Shown: positions 18,163 through 27,881, counted from the first letter of the stretch. The stretch: 37,566 bases of DNA from a virus (IMGVR_UViG_3300033067_000376:1-37566); one strand, 5' to 3'. Numbers and translations: made by a program. The notes: generated by a model from the sequence alone, not told the origin.

Positions 18163-18614
18163 GTGATTCACTTGTTATGCGTTTGGGAGTTACTCCAGAG
18201 TTTCTTGAGGGGATCGCTAACTCTCCGGAAGTTTTCCCTCATGTGACTATGGATGGTATAGATAAGATTGACCTGTCTACAGTTTGGAACGATTGCATTT
18301 CTGTAGAGTTTCCAACTGGAGGATTTTTGTTTCATAGGCAAGCGCCGGGCGTGTATGAAGTTCATACTATGTTTAAACCAAAGTCTATTGATGCCTACAA
18401 AGCCGCTTGCATAGCTGCTGACTATATGTTTAGTAATGATGCAACCCTTATTTTAACACAAGTTCCTAGCGGTAATGTGCCTGCTAGGAAGCTAACAGTT
18501 TTAATGGGATTTACTAAGTTCGCCGAGGGTACTATCCAACGGAATGGTAAATCTTTGGTATCTGAATATTTTGAATTACCTAAGCACGTCTGGAGGAAAT
18601 CACAATGCCAGTAG
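18159..18614 (+). CDS. GNAT-fold virion assembly protein (P22 gp14/T7 gp13-like position)
   Basis: YEVHTMF...T.VP..NVPARKL....GF...G is a GNAT-like C-terminal signature; precedes the ejection genes. Confidence 0.65.
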   Translation: MSDSLVMRLGVTPEFLEGIANSPEVFPHVTMDGIDKIDLSTVWNDCISVEFPTGGFLFHRQAPGVYEVHTMFKPKSIDAYKAACIAADYMFSNDATLILTQVPSGNVPARKLTVLMGFTKFAEGTIQRNGKSLVSEYFELPKHVWRKSQCQ

Positions 18615-19177
18615 CCGGTGCAGTCATTGGTCTTGCCACTTCTGTTTATAGTGCAAGCCAGGCGAAGAAACAACAGAAGAAAGCTCAACAGTTTGCTGAA
18701 CAGCAGATGGAGCAAATGGATCCCTTTGGAAAATATCGAGATCAATATGCTCAGAGACTAAATGCCTTTATGAGTGACCCTAGCTATTTAGAGAACACCG
18801 CTGCCTACAAAATGCGGCTTCAGGCGGCTAATAGATCAATGGCAGCCCAGGGATATACAGGGTCTGGGAATGGTACTATGGCAGCAGCTGAGGCAGCTTC
18901 CATGGCTTATCAGCAAGAGTTTGATAATCTAGCTATGCTTTCTGGCGCTACTAATGGGCAGTCTGCGAGGGCTAGTGCATATGGCACAGCTGCTGGCGCG
19001 ATGAGTCAAGCTAATGATAATTATCTTGGGGGCCTTGCAGGTGTTGCGAACAATCTAACTAACACTGCTACTATATTTGGTAACTCTTATGGTAAAACTG
19101 GTAGTGCTACTACAAGTATTGGTAGTTTTAATGCTCCTGTAGCTACGGGTAGTATGCCAACTGTTGGGCCTTATTGA
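18605..19177 (+). CDS. Ejection (DNA transfer) protein, small
   Basis: Hydrophobic N-terminus, A/Q/G-rich, AAQG..GSG motif; P22 gp7-like position. Confidence 0.65.
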   Translation: MPVAGAVIGLATSVYSASQAKKQQKKAQQFAEQQMEQMDPFGKYRDQYAQRLNAFMSDPSYLENTAAYKMRLQAANRSMAAQGYTGSGNGTMAAAEAASMAYQQEFDNLAMLSGATNGQSARASAYGTAAGAMSQANDNYLGGLAGVANNLTNTATIFGNSYGKTGSATTSIGSFNAPVATGSMPTVGPY

Positions 19178-19186
19178 GGAAGCGCT

Positions 19187-20530
19187 ATGTCTTATGATCT
19201 CTCCACTATTGGTTTGAAGGGTATTGAGGCTGCGCAGAACACTTTAAACTCGATTGCTAATCGCTCAGCATTAGAAGTTCAAACTGCAACAGCTCAGCAC
19301 AAGTTAGATGATGAATTACAAGAAGAATCCATTGCCCAGCGAGCGATGGATGCTTATAATCAGTTAAATATCTTAACACCTCAACAACAGCAAGACCAAG
19401 ATCAAGCACGGGATACACTAGATCAAAATGCTCAAACTGCTTTTAATAGAGTTGTGAGTGGAAAGCCTGGAGAGCCTAGTGCTAATGGTTTTCCTGAAGA
19501 CCCAGGCGCTCGTCTAGAGTATTTAGGTAATGCTTATCTTAGGGCTGGTATGACTGCTCGTGGGCAGGAGTCTCTAAAAGCTGCACAAGATTATCGGCAG
19601 GGAGATGCTTCAATTGAGCAGACGCAGTTAAGTAGTGCTAAGATTCGATTAGAGAATATGCACGCAACTGCTAACTTTGTAGCTAATCACATTGGACAGA
19701 ATGAGTCAGAGTTTAGACTCTTTCAACAAAATCTTCAGAATCCGCCTAACCAAGAGTGGCGACAGGTTCGGGCGAGTATTGGGGAACGTGAGACTGAGAT
19801 GTTGTTAGAACAACAGTGGACTCCAGATCTTCAAGCTTACTATGCCAGTACAGCCTTGAGCATAAAGGACAAGGCAGAATTAGCTTTGCAAAGTCAAAGT
19901 GCCCAGCAACGTCAGCGAGAACATGCAGACTTACAAGCTGACCGTTTAATGGGGCGGCAGCTACAGCAAGCCCAACTAACTGAAACTCAACAATATCATG
20001 CAAGACTCTCAAGTAATGCAGGGGGAAGGGCCGCAGCTGTTACACCGCCTAATGATAATGAACGTGGAGCTATTGCAGATGTTTTAAAAAGCTCTGGGAT
20101 TTTTTCAGATGCTGCGCTTGACGATAAAGGAAACTTTGCGGATTCAGGAACAGCAAACTCTTTTAACTTAGCAATACTTGATGTAGCTGGGCGAGTTCGT
20201 CAGATGCTTCCAAATTATCCCGGTAAGACTTATGAACAAGTTGCTCAAATTGCAGTAGCTGATATGCAAGTCTCTGGAGATCTTGTTTCGCATTACCGCA
20301 CATACCCAGATGAGAACAATGCAGTAGTTCCCGGAAGCCGAACTGTTGAGTTTAAGCAGCCTGGGAGTTTTAATAGACCCTTGGATTTACCAGCTGGTAG
20401 TGGGGAAGATTTTGAACAAGGCCTTAAACCTGGTAACTGGTATGTTACTCCAGGACAGACTCGTCCAAGTTATTGGAATGGAAAAAGCTTTACTAGAAAT
20501 GCTACGGCTCGGCAATCTTCCGATAATTAA
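19187..20530 (+). CDS. Ejection (DNA transfer) protein, medium
   Basis: Q/A-rich helical protein of 447 aa, GAGG RBS, between the small and giant ejection genes. Confidence 0.6.
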   Translation: MSYDLSTIGLKGIEAAQNTLNSIANRSALEVQTATAQHKLDDELQEESIAQRAMDAYNQLNILTPQQQQDQDQARDTLDQNAQTAFNRVVSGKPGEPSANGFPEDPGARLEYLGNAYLRAGMTARGQESLKAAQDYRQGDASIEQTQLSSAKIRLENMHATANFVANHIGQNESEFRLFQQNLQNPPNQEWRQVRASIGERETEMLLEQQWTPDLQAYYASTALSIKDKAELALQSQSAQQRQREHADLQADRLMGRQLQQAQLTETQQYHARLSSNAGGRAAAVTPPNDNERGAIADVLKSSGIFSDAALDDKGNFADSGTANSFNLAILDVAGRVRQMLPNYPGKTYEQVAQIAVADMQVSGDLVSHYRTYPDENNAVVPGSRTVEFKQPGSFNRPLDLPAGSGEDFEQGLKPGNWYVTPGQTRPSYWNGKSFTRNATARQSSDN

Positions 20531-20535
20531 CTTCC

Positions 20536-20550
20536 ATTCATAATGTGAAT
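20536..20550. promoter_or_regulatory. Palindromic box, copy 5 (ATTCATAATGTGAAT)
   Basis: Occupies the short gap just upstream of ATG 20557 of the giant gene. Confidence 0.75.
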
Positions 20551-20556
20551 ACCACT

Positions 20557-23500
20557 ATGACCCCAGAAGAGATGCTCCGTTTACGAGATCAAGCCCGCGC
20601 ACAGGGGACAGCGGCACAAGATTCTAGTGATACAACTCAAGTAAAGTTTGCTCACCGGCAGAATGCTTGGGATACTGGAAGTGTTTTTCCACAAAGTGTT
20701 CCAGAGACTTCCAGTACCACAGATAACTCTTCCAGCAATATACCTGTTCGACTGCCGAGTGGTAGTCTTTTGCCAAGCGATCCAGAGGTTAAACAAGTTT
20801 TAACTGATACGGCAAATCGCTATAACATTAATCCAGCTTTGTTGCTCGCCGTAGCGCAACAAGAGTCTAGCTATGACCCTAATGCTGTTGGGCCGCAAAC
20901 TCGTTGGGGTCATGCATCTGGGATGTTTCAATTCTTACAGGATACTGCTCGATCCCTTAAGATTGATCCACTGAACTGGCGGCAGGCAGCAGATGCGACG
21001 GCCAGGAGTTTAGCGGAGCAGATCGCTAAGGGTGGAACTGACTGGGCAATTGCCACGCACTTTGCTGGAACTAACCCTGCAGAGCATGGGCCAAAGACTC
21101 GCAGGTATGTTGCTGAGGTTTCGGCAAAAGCTGCTGTTATTGCTAATGAGCTGGGGATTGACTATACTCCGACGAATACTACCCCGGAGTTATTGCGTAG
21201 ATTGCAGAGTGGGCAGCGCCCGAGTGACACAAGCAGTCGTACTCCACAAGCCCGGCAAGCCCCCCGGGCATCCGCTACACCGCAGAGTGGTGAGTCTCCC
21301 AGTAATTGGCATGCACCTATGTTGTACCGCCCTGGGCAGGCAGCACAGCAAACTCCAACAACTCGGCAATCTCAGCCGCCTCGGCAGTTACCTAGGCAAG
21401 TTGCCCCTGACAATATGTCGCCTGCTCAAATGCTTGCGCTTAGGAATGGGCGATCCCCTCAAGCTACCAGTCCGACAGATACTCAAGGTAATCGGGAGAG
21501 TCTTTGGGAAACCCTTAGCCGGAATGTTAGTGAAGCCATCAATCCAGATGATGGGGATGATGGGGATGATTCTTGGCCTTTTGCTACACCGATAGTTAAT
21601 GCAATTGAGCGTGGTTGGCATGGTGTTCAGGGGCTGATTAATCGACAGACTAATCAAGTTACTCTAAGTGATGCAGACCTACAGCGTAGGTTTGAGGATC
21701 AGCAGAGTTCGATGTTCTCCCTTAAGCCTAGGTTTAGGGTCGGGGATAATCCTATTTATATTAATGGACAATCTCCCACTCCCAGTAGCTTAAACTTATC
21801 TGCCCCCATGATGAACTGGGATCAATTCCGTGCCTCACCTTTTTATAAAAGTTGGGAAGCCCAGAATAGAACTATTGAGATGTCAACAGACTCTCAAGCT
21901 GATCAACGACAACAGTGGCTCGATCGTGTTAGGAAAGATCCCACAGCAATTAGTATGTTGCCAGCTAGGTTCTCTGACGTTAGGGATCAAGTGCTAGCTG
22001 AACGCGCACAAGCTCATGGGTTTGCTCCTAGTGGAACAGTTACTGGTAGCCTTCAGCGATTTATTGAGGGATTTCCGAATCCCTTAGACGCTTTGTTAGG
22101 GCGATCCATGCCTGTTAATGCGGTAAATTATCTGGCTAATATCCCGGAATTAGAGAGGAAACGCTTTGAGGAAGGGCGTGAGATTACTAATGCCCTTAAT
22201 GCAGTTAATCATCCTGATCAGTACTCTGCAGAGGATCTCCAGCACTATAATGGAATGCTTCAAGATTGGCGACAAAAAACTAATCCTAATGTAGTCCATG
22301 CTTGGCAAAACTTTTATCAAGCAGCTCAGGCCGATCCAGGAAATACGGCGTTAGGTTTTGCTACGTCTATTATGGCGGATCCTTACTTGCTAAAGATTCC
22401 TGCTGGACTAGGCCTAACGCCCATTCGCGGAGTTAGAAACCTTGCAGGAATTACTACTCCGATGACTCGGGGACTTGCTGGCGCGGATGCGATCATAGAC
22501 GGTACAATCTCTACTGCGGCTGTTAATACTGCCATTGGTATTACATCTGATCTTGCTACAACTGGGCAGGTTAATACTGAGAATGCCCAGCTTAGTGCTG
22601 CACTTGGTGCACTTCTTGGCGCTGGAGGTGGCGGGCTTGCATTCTTGCATGGTGCGCGTGCTCACTTGGCTAATATAGATGAGGCTCGTGCAAGTGGGAA
22701 GCTTGATGAACTTTTGCAAGCGAAGGCTACTGGGGAAGTTGCAGTAGAGAATGCTATCGAGACTCTGCGAACTCCTGAAAAGGATCCTCGATTCGCTGGG
22801 GAGAGGAATCCTACAATCACTCCCATGCAGCGTAGGATTGCAGAACTTACTGGCATACCGCTGCATGATGCAGAAGTTCCCGGTTTAGGGACTGCTGCCG
22901 GTGATGTCTATGGGCCACAGGTAAAGTCTGGTCGGAAAATTCCTACGGAAGGGGTTGAGCATTTTGAAACTACTGGTGCGGGTCGTCGAGATGAGATGAT
23001 TTCTCAGTGGATTAAGAATCGTAGGGCGCAGGTAAAAGAAGCTTTCACAAATGAGGCTGACTACCATCAGTATCAACAGTACGTAGCTGCGGAAAGGCTA
23101 AGGCTTGCTCAAGAAGCTGCGGCTAGGGCACAACAACAGGAAGCTGCGCAAGCTCAAGCTCGGCAAGCTGACTTGGAAAGAACCAACAGGTTCCAGCAAG
23201 AGTTTGAGGCCGCAACTCGTCAACGCGATGAGCAGCTTGCCCGTGGTGAGGTTGAGAACGCTCATGGAATTGCATTAGCTGAACAAGCTCGGCGAGACAG
23301 CGCGGAACAACTTAATGCTTCAGAGTTATTTGATGCATATACCTCACAAGATCAGGCAGCTATCCGGCAAGCTAAGGCTAACATTGATCGAAGGAATGGT
23401 CGTGGTAGATTTAATCAGTTAGGTGAAACTACTACTGACTATGCTACCGCCCTTGGATTGGTAGGCGCAGGGGCGTTAGCAGGTTCAGTACTTTTCCCGC

Positions 23501-26500
23501 AAGATCGGGAACGCGGAGCTATTGCGGCGGCATTACTTCTGGGACTCCCCGCTGCCGTTTTAGGCCTACGTGGGCGAATGGGCTCAATTGAATCCCGTGA
23601 GTTCAGGTCTCCGGCGTTCCAAGAGGGTGCATTAAAATTAGCTGGAAAGCTTCCTAAGGAAGAAGCTGCCCGAGTTTACAGGACACATCAAGACGTTTTA
23701 AGCGATGCTTTACAAGGAAAGTTTATTAACCGAGATGTTGATAGTACAACTATTACGCATCCAGCTACATACTCTGGAAGATTTATTCCACAATTTGCTG
23801 AAATTGCAAATATGCTAGGGGCTAAATCTGTCATTGATACTATGGCAGGGGTAGGCAACATTGGACGTATTAAAGAGTTTGGTTATAGTGGTAAGATTAT
23901 TGCTAATGAACTTGAACCTGAGTGGGCAGCCCTTCATGGGAAGCATGGAGTTGATAAGAGTATTACTGGAGATGGTAGAAACATCCCGCAGGTTAAGACT
24001 AATAGTGTCGATTTAGGTATTGTCTCCCCACCTTATGGAAATGGTTTAGCTGAAAGTAGGCTTAATGGAAATCTTCGGAGTCTTACTTATGCAAACTCCC
24101 TTGGAAGAAAACTTACTGAGGGCAACGGCGGTGGGATGAAGTGGGGGCAGGCTTATAGGGATTTACATGAAGGCATCTATAAAGAACTTTATCGAATCAT
24201 CAAGCCCGGCGGACATGCTTTAATTAACTCAAAAGACTTCATCAAAAAAGGTGAGGTTGTTAAAGTTAATGATTGGCATATTAGGGCTATGGAAGCCGCT
24301 GGATTTAAGTTACTTTCTAGAGATCAAATTAAATCTTCTGGACTTATCACAGGGGCTGTAAAGCGGCCTAGGGTCGGCTATGAAGAGTTCATGCTTTTCA
24401 GTAAACCAGATAAAACTGGTAAAATCCCGGCTAAACAACGTGGCGAGATCAGTGAGGAGATGCGAACGATTCTAGGTCGTGCAGCCATCGCTACTACCCT
24501 TGCTGGTGCTGGGTATGCAATGAGTCCAGAAGAGCATAGGCTTGCTGGCGGAATCTTGGGTGGGTTAGCTGGACTGGTTGTTCCTCTGGGCGGGGGTAGT
24601 CGCGGCAGTATTCTTAGCTACTTCCATAACATTGGCGCGATAGATGCCGATGGGCTTCCTCGTGGGATTAGGACATTTGGCGGGAAGATTGCCGATGCGG
24701 CAGAAGATGCTAGGCTTAAGGCTAGGGATGACGCTTGGATAAAAGCAGCAGCTGCCGGGGATCAGCGAGCTTTCGAGAATCTTTATCGTGCATACTCTGA
24801 TACAACACGACGCTATGTTGATAGGATGATTCGTTCTAGCAGCACCCGTATTGCTAATGATGCTGATGGAGTTATGAATGAAGCATTCTTCAATGTCTAT
24901 GAGTGGATGCAAGAAAACCCTGAGGTTCCGATAGATAACTTTAGAGACTTCGTTGGGCAATCGGCTAAGAATGTTCTGCTTAATGCACTGAAGGCAGAGC
25001 GTACAATTAAGCGGGATATGCCTACAGTGTCTGAGGCAGATGCTAACGCAGAGCTAGATGCTCAAGGAAAGCCTGCAGCGATTGGTAGTAGCATTATTGA
25101 TCAGACTCCGGGAACCGACCCCGTAAGTAGGAAACTTATCATTGATAATATAGGCGAGAATCCTGAGAGTGTCGCTATGAGGGATCAGCTTAAAGATGTT
25201 ATTCGAAAAGCTGTGGAAACTCAATCAGACATTAACCAGAAAGTTTTCATCATGCGAAACTTTGATAACATGTCTCCTCAGGAAGTAGCAGATGCCCTCG
25301 GGATTAGTAAGAATAATGTTCAAGTAATCGACAATCGTGTAAAAACTCGGGTGCAGAATGCTATTGTAGAAAAGATCCCAGAAGTTCGTTCGATGTTAGA
25401 GGATCGGTATGCTCCTGGACATGAGCCTAAGCCAAAGGTTAGAGGACCGGCTGGACAAAGGGGATCGGCAACTACTGGCGATATGGCAACTGTTGCTACC
25501 CTAGCAGCGGCTGTCGGCGCTGCCTCGTATTTTATGAGTGACGAGAATACTTGGGGCGCTCTAGTCTCAGGTGGCATTGCTGCTGCGCTGACGGCAGTTG
25601 CACGAGGAAAGTCTGGAAGGTTTAGCGGGGCAACTCGTGCGGCGGTGGCGCTTCGTGCTGTAGATTGGCGACTTAAAGAGTTTGGTGGGCATTTCTATGG
25701 TATGGCCAAGGAACATGGAATGCTTGAGTCTCAAGCAATTGCTCACTATAACAATGTTACTGCACCCTTCTCAAAGTGGCTTAATAGTTTGAAACCTCAA
25801 GTTCGTGCGATTATGGTAGAAGCTTTGTCTACCCGAGATGAGGGAATTATTAATGGGATGTTGGAGCATCTAGGCGGGCAGACTGCTGTTGAGGCATTTA
25901 AGCCTGTTCGGGCTATCCTTAACAACATTGAGGATACCCTTGTTTCACTGGGAATTATTAAGAAGTCCGAGGTTGATTACTTCCCCTTCCGAGTCAAAGA
26001 CTTAGAGGGTTTGCGAAATGCCTTGGGAATTGAGCAGAAGGACTTTATTACCGCAGCTCTTAAGGCTGCCGATGATAAGATGTTCAAGAACTTAAACCGG
26101 CACCTTACTCAAATTGAGCAAGATGTTATTGTGAATAAGCTTCTTGAACCTTACTTAGGCTCTCGCATAGGTCCGCAGATGCCAGGCTTTGCACGGGCAC
26201 GGACTATTAAAACCATCCCGGAGAGTTTGCAACGATACTATCATGACCCAGTTACTACTCTGAATAGCTATGGCCAGCAGGCAATTAAATATATTCAGAG
26301 GGCAAAGTTTTTTGGCAAACACCTAAAGATGGTAGATCAAGAAGGTAAAAAGGTTGTAGACATTAGCGCTTCCATAGGTGAGCTTACTAGGTCACTTCAT
26401 GAAGCTGGAAAACTTACTGAGCAACAGACGTTTGAACTTGCGTCTATGTTGCAAGATAGGTTTAATGGTGGAGAGCAGAGTAGTGGTACGATTGTGAGAG

Positions 26501-27603
26501 AAATTAAGAACTGGTCAACTGCTTCTATGCTGGGGCAGTTTGTTTTCTCCGCCGTAGCACAGGTTAATGATTTAGTTTGGCAGATTTACCGCCACGGCCC
26601 TAGAGCTTCTATTGAGACTGCTATTAGGTTAGCTATCAACAAACCACTTGTTCGGTTAAAGGATTTTGGAATTACCGAGCACATGGTGCATGAGTACATT
26701 TCAGAAGGACTATCCTCAAAGGTTGTAAAGAAAAGTTTGCTTGTGTCTGGCATGAGCTTGATGGATAATGCAGCTAAGAGTTTTGGTCTAAATGCTGCAC
26801 TCATCGAGTATAGGAATATGGTAAAGAGTGGGGTGGATGGAAAGCCTAATGTTAAAGGTGAAGCTAGGTTACGTGAGCAGTTCGGCGGATACTTCCCTGA
26901 TAAGATTGAAAAGATTATTAGTGATTTAAGGGAAGGAAAAATTACCCCAGATACAGAGCTTCTCGCTTGGACAGACCTCACGGATACTCAACCGCTGACA
27001 GCTTGGGAACTTCCGCAGTTGTACCATCACTTACCTAATGGAAGAATTATTTATCACTTGCAAACCTTTAACATTCGCGCAGGTAACTTGATCTATGAAG
27101 AAGCCATTAAGAACATTACTTCCGGGAATGTTAAGCAAGTGATGAAGGGCCTACGAGCATTGACTGGCTTTGCTGTAGTGTTCGGTGCTGGTGGAGTTGC
27201 TGGAGATAAGATTAAAGACTTGTTGAGAGGTCGAGAGATAAAGCTAAACCCCTGGGAGATTCCCTTGAACTTGGTGCAAGCGGCTGGTGGGAATCTTTAT
27301 AACTATCGAACCCATAGAGCTAACACACCAATGGAAGCTGTTATTAATAGGCTTCCGCCAGTGATAGGGATGGCTGAGTCTGCTTACCAAGATCCTACAA
27401 CGCTTATTAGGAGGGTTCCCGCAGTAGGTGAGTGGATTTATAATCTGAATCGTCCAAGGCTACAAGCGTGGAATAAAGATAGGGTTAGTAAATTTGATCA
27501 CTCAATTACAATTAATGTTGAAGGGCGAGACAGCTCAAGTGGTTCAAGCAGTTCAAGCAGGAATAGTCGAAATAGTAGGCGCAACACTAGGAGGCATTAC
27601 TAA
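20557..27603 (+). CDS. Giant multidomain ejection protein: lytic transglycosylase + DNA methyltransferase + ECF-like sigma factor + helical C-terminal domain
   Basis: SLT (AVAQQESS...ASGMFQF, ~20779-21156); MTase (HPATY, VIDTMAGVG, SPPY, IIKPGG, ~23750-24410); sigma regions 2 and 4 (GDQRAFENLY...; SPQEVADALGIS..NV, ~24727-25365). ATG 20557 is preferred to GTG 20545. Confidence 0.85.
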   Translation: MTPEEMLRLRDQARAQGTAAQDSSDTTQVKFAHRQNAWDTGSVFPQSVPETSSTTDNSSSNIPVRLPSGSLLPSDPEVKQVLTDTANRYNINPALLLAVAQQESSYDPNAVGPQTRWGHASGMFQFLQDTARSLKIDPLNWRQAADATARSLAEQIAKGGTDWAIATHFAGTNPAEHGPKTRRYVAEVSAKAAVIANELGIDYTPTNTTPELLRRLQSGQRPSDTSSRTPQARQAPRASATPQSGESPSNWHAPMLYRPGQAAQQTPTTRQSQPPRQLPRQVAPDNMSPAQMLALRNGRSPQATSPTDTQGNRESLWETLSRNVSEAINPDDGDDGDDSWPFATPIVNAIERGWHGVQGLINRQTNQVTLSDADLQRRFEDQQSSMFSLKPRFRVGDNPIYINGQSPTPSSLNLSAPMMNWDQFRASPFYKSWEAQNRTIEMSTDSQADQRQQWLDRVRKDPTAISMLPARFSDVRDQVLAERAQAHGFAPSGTVTGSLQRFIEGFPNPLDALLGRSMPVNAVNYLANIPELERKRFEEGREITNALNAVNHPDQYSAEDLQHYNGMLQDWRQKTNPNVVHAWQNFYQAAQADPGNTALGFATSIMADPYLLKIPAGLGLTPIRGVRNLAGITTPMTRGLAGADAIIDGTISTAAVNTAIGITSDLATTGQVNTENAQLSAALGALLGAGGGGLAFLHGARAHLANIDEARASGKLDELLQAKATGEVAVENAIETLRTPEKDPRFAGERNPTITPMQRRIAELTGIPLHDAEVPGLGTAAGDVYGPQVKSGRKIPTEGVEHFETTGAGRRDEMISQWIKNRRAQVKEAFTNEADYHQYQQYVAAERLRLAQEAAARAQQQEAAQAQARQADLERTNRFQQEFEAATRQRDEQLARGEVENAHGIALAEQARRDSAEQLNASELFDAYTSQDQAAIRQAKANIDRRNGRGRFNQLGETTTDYATALGLVGAGALAGSVLFPQDRERGAIAAALLLGLPAAVLGLRGRMGSIESREFRSPAFQEGALKLAGKLPKEEAARVYRTHQDVLSDALQGKFINRDVDSTTITHPATYSGRFIPQFAEIANMLGAKSVIDTMAGVGNIGRIKEFGYSGKIIANELEPEWAALHGKHGVDKSITGDGRNIPQVKTNSVDLGIVSPPYGNGLAESRLNGNLRSLTYANSLGRKLTEGNGGGMKWGQAYRDLHEGIYKELYRIIKPGGHALINSKDFIKKGEVVKVNDWHIRAMEAAGFKLLSRDQIKSSGLITGAVKRPRVGYEEFMLFSKPDKTGKIPAKQRGEISEEMRTILGRAAIATTLAGAGYAMSPEEHRLAGGILGGLAGLVVPLGGGSRGSILSYFHNIGAIDADGLPRGIRTFGGKIADAAEDARLKARDDAWIKAAAAGDQRAFENLYRAYSDTTRRYVDRMIRSSSTRIANDADGVMNEAFFNVYEWMQENPEVPIDNFRDFVGQSAKNVLLNALKAERTIKRDMPTVSEADANAELDAQGKPAAIGSSIIDQTPGTDPVSRKLIIDNIGENPESVAMRDQLKDVIRKAVETQSDINQKVFIMRNFDNMSPQEVADALGISKNNVQVIDNRVKTRVQNAIVEKIPEVRSMLEDRYAPGHEPKPKVRGPAGQRGSATTGDMATVATLAAAVGAASYFMSDENTWGALVSGGIAAALTAVARGKSGRFSGATRAAVALRAVDWRLKEFGGHFYGMAKEHGMLESQAIAHYNNVTAPFSKWLNSLKPQVRAIMVEALSTRDEGIINGMLEHLGGQTAVEAFKPVRAILNNIEDTLVSLGIIKKSEVDYFPFRVKDLEGLRNALGIEQKDFITAALKAADDKMFKNLNRHLTQIEQDVIVNKLLEPYLGSRIGPQMPGFARARTIKTIPESLQRYYHDPVTTLNSYGQQAIKYIQRAKFFGKHLKMVDQEGKKVVDISASIGELTRSLHEAGKLTEQQTFELASMLQDRFNGGEQSSGTIVREIKNWSTASMLGQFVFSAVAQVNDLVWQIYRHGPRASIETAIRLAINKPLVRLKDFGITEHMVHEYISEGLSSKVVKKSLLVSGMSLMDNAAKSFGLNAALIEYRNMVKSGVDGKPNVKGEARLREQFGGYFPDKIEKIISDLREGKITPDTELLAWTDLTDTQPLTAWELPQLYHHLPNGRIIYHLQTFNIRAGNLIYEEAIKNITSGNVKQVMKGLRALTGFAVVFGAGGVAGDKIKDLLRGREIKLNPWEIPLNLVQAAGGNLYNYRTHRANTPMEAVINRLPPVIGMAESAYQDPTTLIRRVPAVGEWIYNLNRPRLQAWNKDRVSKFDHSITINVEGRDSSSGSSSSSRNSRNSRRNTRRHY

Positions 27604-27881
27604 TGGGACAAGCTGACTTTTTAAAACTTGGTGACTGGAATGCTAATTGTGCAGAGTGTGGAAGGAAGTTTAAGGCTTCCACACTTATCAGGCACTGGAA
27701 AGGGTATTATGTTTGTAAGGAGCATTGGGAAACGCGTCATCCACAGGACTTTGCAAGGGGTAGTTCAGACAATCAAGCTGCTCCGTTTGTTCAAGAACTT
27801 CCAATTCCAACTTTTGTAGAAGGTTCACCTAGCTCAACAATTCCAAGTCCTTCAGACTATCCAATTCATGGAGTTGATTAA
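27603..27881 (+). CDS. Small Cys/His (Zn-finger-like) phage protein
   Basis: CAECG...VCKEHWETRHPQ; coupled start and stop on both sides. Confidence 0.65.
   Translation: MGQADFLKLGDWNANCAECGRKFKASTLIRHWKGYYVCKEHWETRHPQDFARGSSDNQAAPFVQELPIPTFVEGSPSSTIPSPSDYPIHGVD

Noticed and set aside
21541-21570. NPDDGDDGDD in the giant protein as an RNA polymerase DxDGD active site (virion RNAP)
   Set aside because: It is a 9-nt tandem repeat in a linker without NADFDGD context; I see no other RNAP motifs.
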